From assembly GCA_051294905.1 (NCBI GenBank), contig CM119372.1, forward strand, positions 558,001 through 622,000: 64,000 bases of DNA, in the 5' to 3' direction. The DNA comes from Botryllus schlosseri. Taxonomy: Eukaryota. The translations under genes and the position numbers were made by a program. Below, in pieces: positions 60,301 through 64,000 of the stretch. The first letter of the stretch is position 1. Each line of letters starts with the position of its first letter. The notes under the pieces are model-generated. The model saw nothing but the letters and a program-made list of their open reading frames with translations. It was not told where the DNA came from and ran no database searches.

Positions 60301-63300
60301 ACAATGAAATGTTGGTCTTGGCCGTCTGAGTCTCATGTCCCGTTTCCAGATAAAGTCTTGTTTAACCCATTTTTCATAACTTTTTTTGGTGGTAGTGAAT
60401 GGTTCGCATTTAAAATATACTAATTCTCCTCACTTTTATCAGTTTCTGGTCGCATTTTCAGGTACCAGTACCATAAACGAAGTCCCAATAGGGTGTTTAC
60501 TTTACTATTTTTTGAAATTACAATGAAATGACGGTCGTGGCCATCTGAGTCTCGACTTGGTTCGAGTCATGGGCAACGTCTCGAGTCCAAGTCGAGTCAT
60601 TTCCGTATTTTGAAAAAAATGACTCGAGTCAAGTAGAGTCATCAGAAAATCGTGACTCGGGTTGGACTCGAGTCGAGTCATTACAACCCTGGTTTATGAT
60701 GAGCTCCGAGACTCCGGTCAAGTCACCAAACAATTGCGGCTCGATACAAGAACTCTTAGAGAAGCAAAATATTGACTCGGGTAGAGTCAGCAAAAATTTG
60801 TGACTCCAGTCTAGCCACGCCCTACCTCTTACTGGTGTCCATTCGATTGTGACAGATTGCGTCGTCATGTTGGATATCTCGGCATCACGCGGTGCGTTCG
60901 GAACTGAAAAAAACAAATGTCGCAAAACTGCAAACAATCCATAAACTGTGACTCCTAACCTGTCTGCACTCTGATTGATCGACTGCCTTGTTCGTTTTTG
61001 CGATTTTTCGCGTCTATCGAGAATATTTGCAGCTCGTACCAATTTCCGGACTGCAATTGGTCGATCTCTAACGTTGGTCGTGTCACTGTTTGCGAATTCT
61101 CTCCTTCTTCGCCGTTCACCAACACTTCGTACGACGCGGCACCTGAGAGAGAACGGTTTCTTCAGAAATGGTCTTCAAAATGCTACTTTTTAGAGCATTG
61201 AAAATAGGTACCGCCAACTTACACCACTTAAGGCACTTACGCTACTTGAGTGATTGCAATTCGAAAAATTTTCAAAACATTTTTTTTTCACTATAATCAA
61301 AACTTTTTCAACTGTACCATCTTCACTTTTCACATTTAAAATTTACTAATTTTTGGTTGTGAAATTTTTGATTTGTAATCAATGTATTTACGGCGGGTAG
61401 CTCTATAATAAATGATCAAGAATTGTGAGGTTGTCAACCCGTCATTTTATAAACTGGCTAATTTTTTTAAAAAGAAATCATTTTATTGACTTGGAATTCA
61501 AAAAATACTAACATCTGTAGATATTGAACAATTATGCGGGCTTACATGAAAAATGTCAAGAAATTTGCTAAATTATAAAGGAATTAGCCAACATCAAATT
61601 TTAAATTGATTTGAAGTTTGCAACGTACATTTTCTGCGTGGTGTTGTTCATGGTCTATTTGGGCGTCGGTCACAAGAGCGCAAGTGTAAAATAATCTAAA
61701 ACTCGGACAATTTAGGCTGCATGTGAAAACTACATAGACTTTTAAACAAACTAATTTGAACCAAACAGTTCATTACAGCAAAACTTGGCGGCATAACAGA
61801 GGTGTAGCGAACAGCAAAGTCTCACTTCTTTCAAACGATACCGAACAATCACAAGCAAGTTATTGGTCTTTAACAGCTGACTCCGAGTTGCATACATTTG
61901 TCGGGATTCAATTCAATTTGTCGGTTAATTTCGATTGTTAAAGGTGCACTGGTCCGCAACATTTGCTTTGAACTTTTACCGGTTCGCGAGGTCAAAAAGG
62001 TTGAGAACCACTGTTTTGAACCATTTATAGTTGACTGTTTACGGCAGACTTGTACAATCTACCAATTTAGTTAGTCGACGGTTAACTAACCAATGTTTTT
62101 TGGCTAGTTCTAGTTCTAGTTACGGATTTTACAAGGTGACTAATTCTAGTTGTATTTGCGCATGTAAAAAAATAATCCAGTCGCAAAATAACACATGTTG
62201 TGTTTTGGCGTGATGTTCATGCAGCCATTGCTAGCTAACAGTTATCGCTACTAACATTGGTTAGGGGTAGGTTTTGGGGGTTGACGCCCTGATTCTGACA
62301 AAACAAAAATTAATGATCTGCTTAGGAATCTGCTCAGTTGTTTTTTTATTCAGATAGTTGCGGACTGTTATAGGTCCTTAGATGTAGTTCTAGTTGCGAG
62401 TTTTGAAAAGTGACTAGTTCTAGTTCTAGCGGTGCATTTCAAAAAATCCAGAAGTTTGTACAAATCTGGTACAAACGGTTAAAATTTGGATTAGAAACAC
62501 ATGTTTGGACTGATTACTACCGCTAGCAAACTCACCTTCCGCCGGTTGCCAAAAGATAGAAATACTATTCGAAGTGACGTCTCTTTCACGAACTGCCGTT
62601 GGAGACGCAGGCACTTTGAAAAAACCAAAAATATGATGATTTCAAAAACTCTAAAGGGTCATAAGTTTGCTGTAAAAGGTAACCCACGCGTATTTTCAAT
62701 CACTACATCACTCGAGATGCTGAGTCCGCTTCTCCCTTCTGCGCTGACCGTAATTTCATAGCTAGTGCCGGTTTCCGGTAATGTCATCACAAGGAACGGC
62801 TCGGTCGTGGTTTCGCGGACATTGCGTTCCGTTTTGGTCCCAAGAGGGGTCCAATTTGCGGTGACCACGTAACTGACTGCCCCCCTCACCAGCAACCACG
62901 AGATTCGCATCGAATTTGGCCCCACCTCTCCAACCTCCCTGATCGTTGGTCTGGCAGGAACTAAAACGCAGAGATTTATTATTTTAAAATCCATCAAGTC
63001 ATGTGTAAAAGCCAATAGTTTCGAGCGAGTGGCACACTAGCAAAATTATAAAATGCTCAAGGCACACTTACAGAACAAAATATTTACAAAAAATATTCAG
63101 ACGACGCAACAATGCCGTCTAGAATAGGATGCCGCAAGCTCACGAGCACGACGGCTAGATTAGAAAAACTATACGAATCACCGCATGAATCACTAGTCAA
63201 AGGAAACCCACTGGTATCAACGTTGATGGCTTGACTTTGGTCGCTTCTGTCTCCGCTGGTTCCGATTGCGGAAACGCGGAACGAATACGAAGTCCCGGCT

Positions 63301-63944
63301 CGTAGATTTCTCGCGACAAACTGGAAAAATGAATTTTGGTTTAATATGATAAGGCGATGAAAATACGAAAAATAATTTTTTGCCTAAAAAACTGAAAAGA
63401 GTTATCGTTCAAAACAGTATTGCGACGAAAATACGAAAACTCATTAATTTTGCAACAAAAACTGAAGAGAGTTCAGGTTGAAATCGATATCGTGGCGAAA
63501 AACTCGTTATTTCTTGTAAAAAAATCAAGACTTTGGTTCATAACGCTACCGCACTGAAACTTCGAAATCTCACTATTTCTTGCAAAATACTGAAAAAAGA
63601 GTTTCAGTCAAAAACAAGGAAAATACGAGAACTTCTTTTTTCTTGCAATAAAAACGGAAAAGAGTTTCGGTTCAAAACGATATCGCGAGGAAACAATGAA
63701 AACTCGTTGTTTCATGCAAAAAAAGAAAAAACAGTTTCAGTTCAAATCGATTTCGTGATGATACGACGAAAACTTATTATTTCATGCAAAAAAAACTGAA
63801 TAGTCTTGGTTCAAATTGATATTGTATTTGCAAAAAATGAAAAGAGTTTCGTTTCAAATGACTCATTCACCGTTTCCTCGTCCGTTCTGAAAGTGTCGAT
63901 GTCGTCATCCAGGGCAATCACAGAGACGACGTATTCTCTGGCAC
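36307..63944 (-). CDS. Large multi-exon fibronectin type III repeat protein (3' portion; the gene continues past the window end)
   Basis: About 35 exons with FN3 signatures (P.P..L.V...T..S..L.W, GA..Y.V, L.PGT.Y...V.A); 23 L.PGT.Y-type motifs counted. I checked splice phase for the last eight exons: 41692-41963, 41056-41186, 40621-40805, 39070-39166, 38504-38619, 38204-38351, 37266-37440 and 36307-36421 (ending RLRVRTR*). The most 5' exon seen is 63871-63944. Boundaries of the internal exons were not all verified. Confidence 0.85.
39370..40018. mobile_element. Fold-back (near-palindromic) MITE in an FN3-gene intron
   Basis: Arms of about 300 bp are imperfect reverse complements (e.g. cacaccaaatttggttcgattccaacc...gccgcattgctacaggag versus ctcctgtagcaatgcggc...gttggaattgaaccaaatttggtgtg). 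Related fragments lie near 49.4, 53.0 and 56.4 kb. Confidence 0.8.
42410..42712. repeat. TAGTTC-rich MITE-associated repeat
   Basis: Degenerate ~30-bp units agtagttctagttctagttg..ttttgaaa. Similar tracts occur at 44.7, 45.05, 57.1 and 62.1-62.4 kb. Confidence 0.65.
47025..47058 (-). ncRNA. Predicted minimal type I hammerhead ribozyme in a Penelope-like fragment (intronic, sense to the FN3 gene)
   Basis: Minus strand UCCC-CUGAUGA-GCGUCAGCC-GAAA-AUAU-UC-GGGU, with the canonical CUGAUGA core. Confidence 0.65.
48132..48434. mobile_element. hAT-type MITE inserted in the minisatellite repeat
   Basis: Degenerate ends cacaggttcttaa/ttaagaaacattg with a perfect 8-bp TSD ATTTAGAA (48124-48131 and 48435-48442). 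Confidence 0.65.
49333..49932. mobile_element. Fold-back MITE related to 39370-40018
   Basis: TIR gggttgttcaaaaa/tttttgaacaaccc with long imperfect inverted arms. Confidence 0.7.
54480..55340. repeat. ~43-bp minisatellite array with a 134-bp higher-order repeat
   Basis: About 20 units of ttccaaattagattagaattagaatgatagctac. A three-monomer block recurs at 55021, 55155 and 55289. Confidence 0.9.
57391..57424 (-). ncRNA. Predicted minimal type I hammerhead ribozyme in a Penelope-like fragment (intronic, sense to the FN3 gene)
   Basis: Minus strand is identical to the 7677-7710 motif across all 34 nt, while the flanking repeat sequence has diverged. Confidence 0.7.
59963..60691. mobile_element. 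hAT-type MITE with GAGTC/GACTC subterminal repeats
   Basis: TIR cagggttgtaa/ttacaaccctg with a perfect 8-bp TSD GTTTATGA (59955-59962 and 60692-60699), and an internal ~220-bp direct duplication. Shorter relatives lie at about 40.9 and 43.5-43.8 kb. Confidence 0.85.
63345..63860. repeat. Degenerate ~65-70-bp tandem repeat (intronic)
   Basis: About 7 units of aaaactgaaaagagttt.gttcaaaa.gatat.gcg..gaaaatacgaaaact..ttattt.ttgc. Confidence 0.7.
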
Positions 63945-64000
63945 CTGAACAGGAAAAGAAATAAATTCGGGCTCAAAGAAGACAAAACTTGCGATTTACC

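Overview
Eukaryotic, intron-rich, AT-rich invertebrate genomic DNA that is dense in transposable elements; the species cannot be determined from the sequence. Host genes: a single-coding-exon C2H2 zinc-finger gene (3102-4613, +), a complete 10-exon ANKMY2 orthologue (27683-35590, +), and the 3' part of a very large multi-exon fibronectin type III repeat gene (36307 to beyond 64000, -; at least 23 FN3 repeats, with no transmembrane, phosphatase or fibrinogen domain in the part seen). Mobile DNA: (1) an intronless frame of more than 1100 codons that fuses a Mutator/NOF-like DDE transposase core to a Ulp1-type (C48) protease and a USP (C19) deubiquitinase, both with catalytic residues present; (2) a full-length, two-ORF I/Nimb-type LINE with RNase H and a 12-bp target site duplication (TSD); (3) a P-element-like THAP element with 28-bp terminal inverted repeats (TIRs) and a 7-bp TSD; (4) a dispersed Penelope-like repeat of about 330 bp carrying a GIY-YIG C-terminal remnant and a minimal type I hammerhead ribozyme motif, in about 10 copies and often in inverted pairs; (5) a decayed hAT-like transposase, a tRNA-derived SINE head, an L2/CR1-type 3' fragment, many hAT-type MITEs with 8-bp TSDs, and several tandem arrays. 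All family assignments come from motif recognition by eye; no database searches were run.
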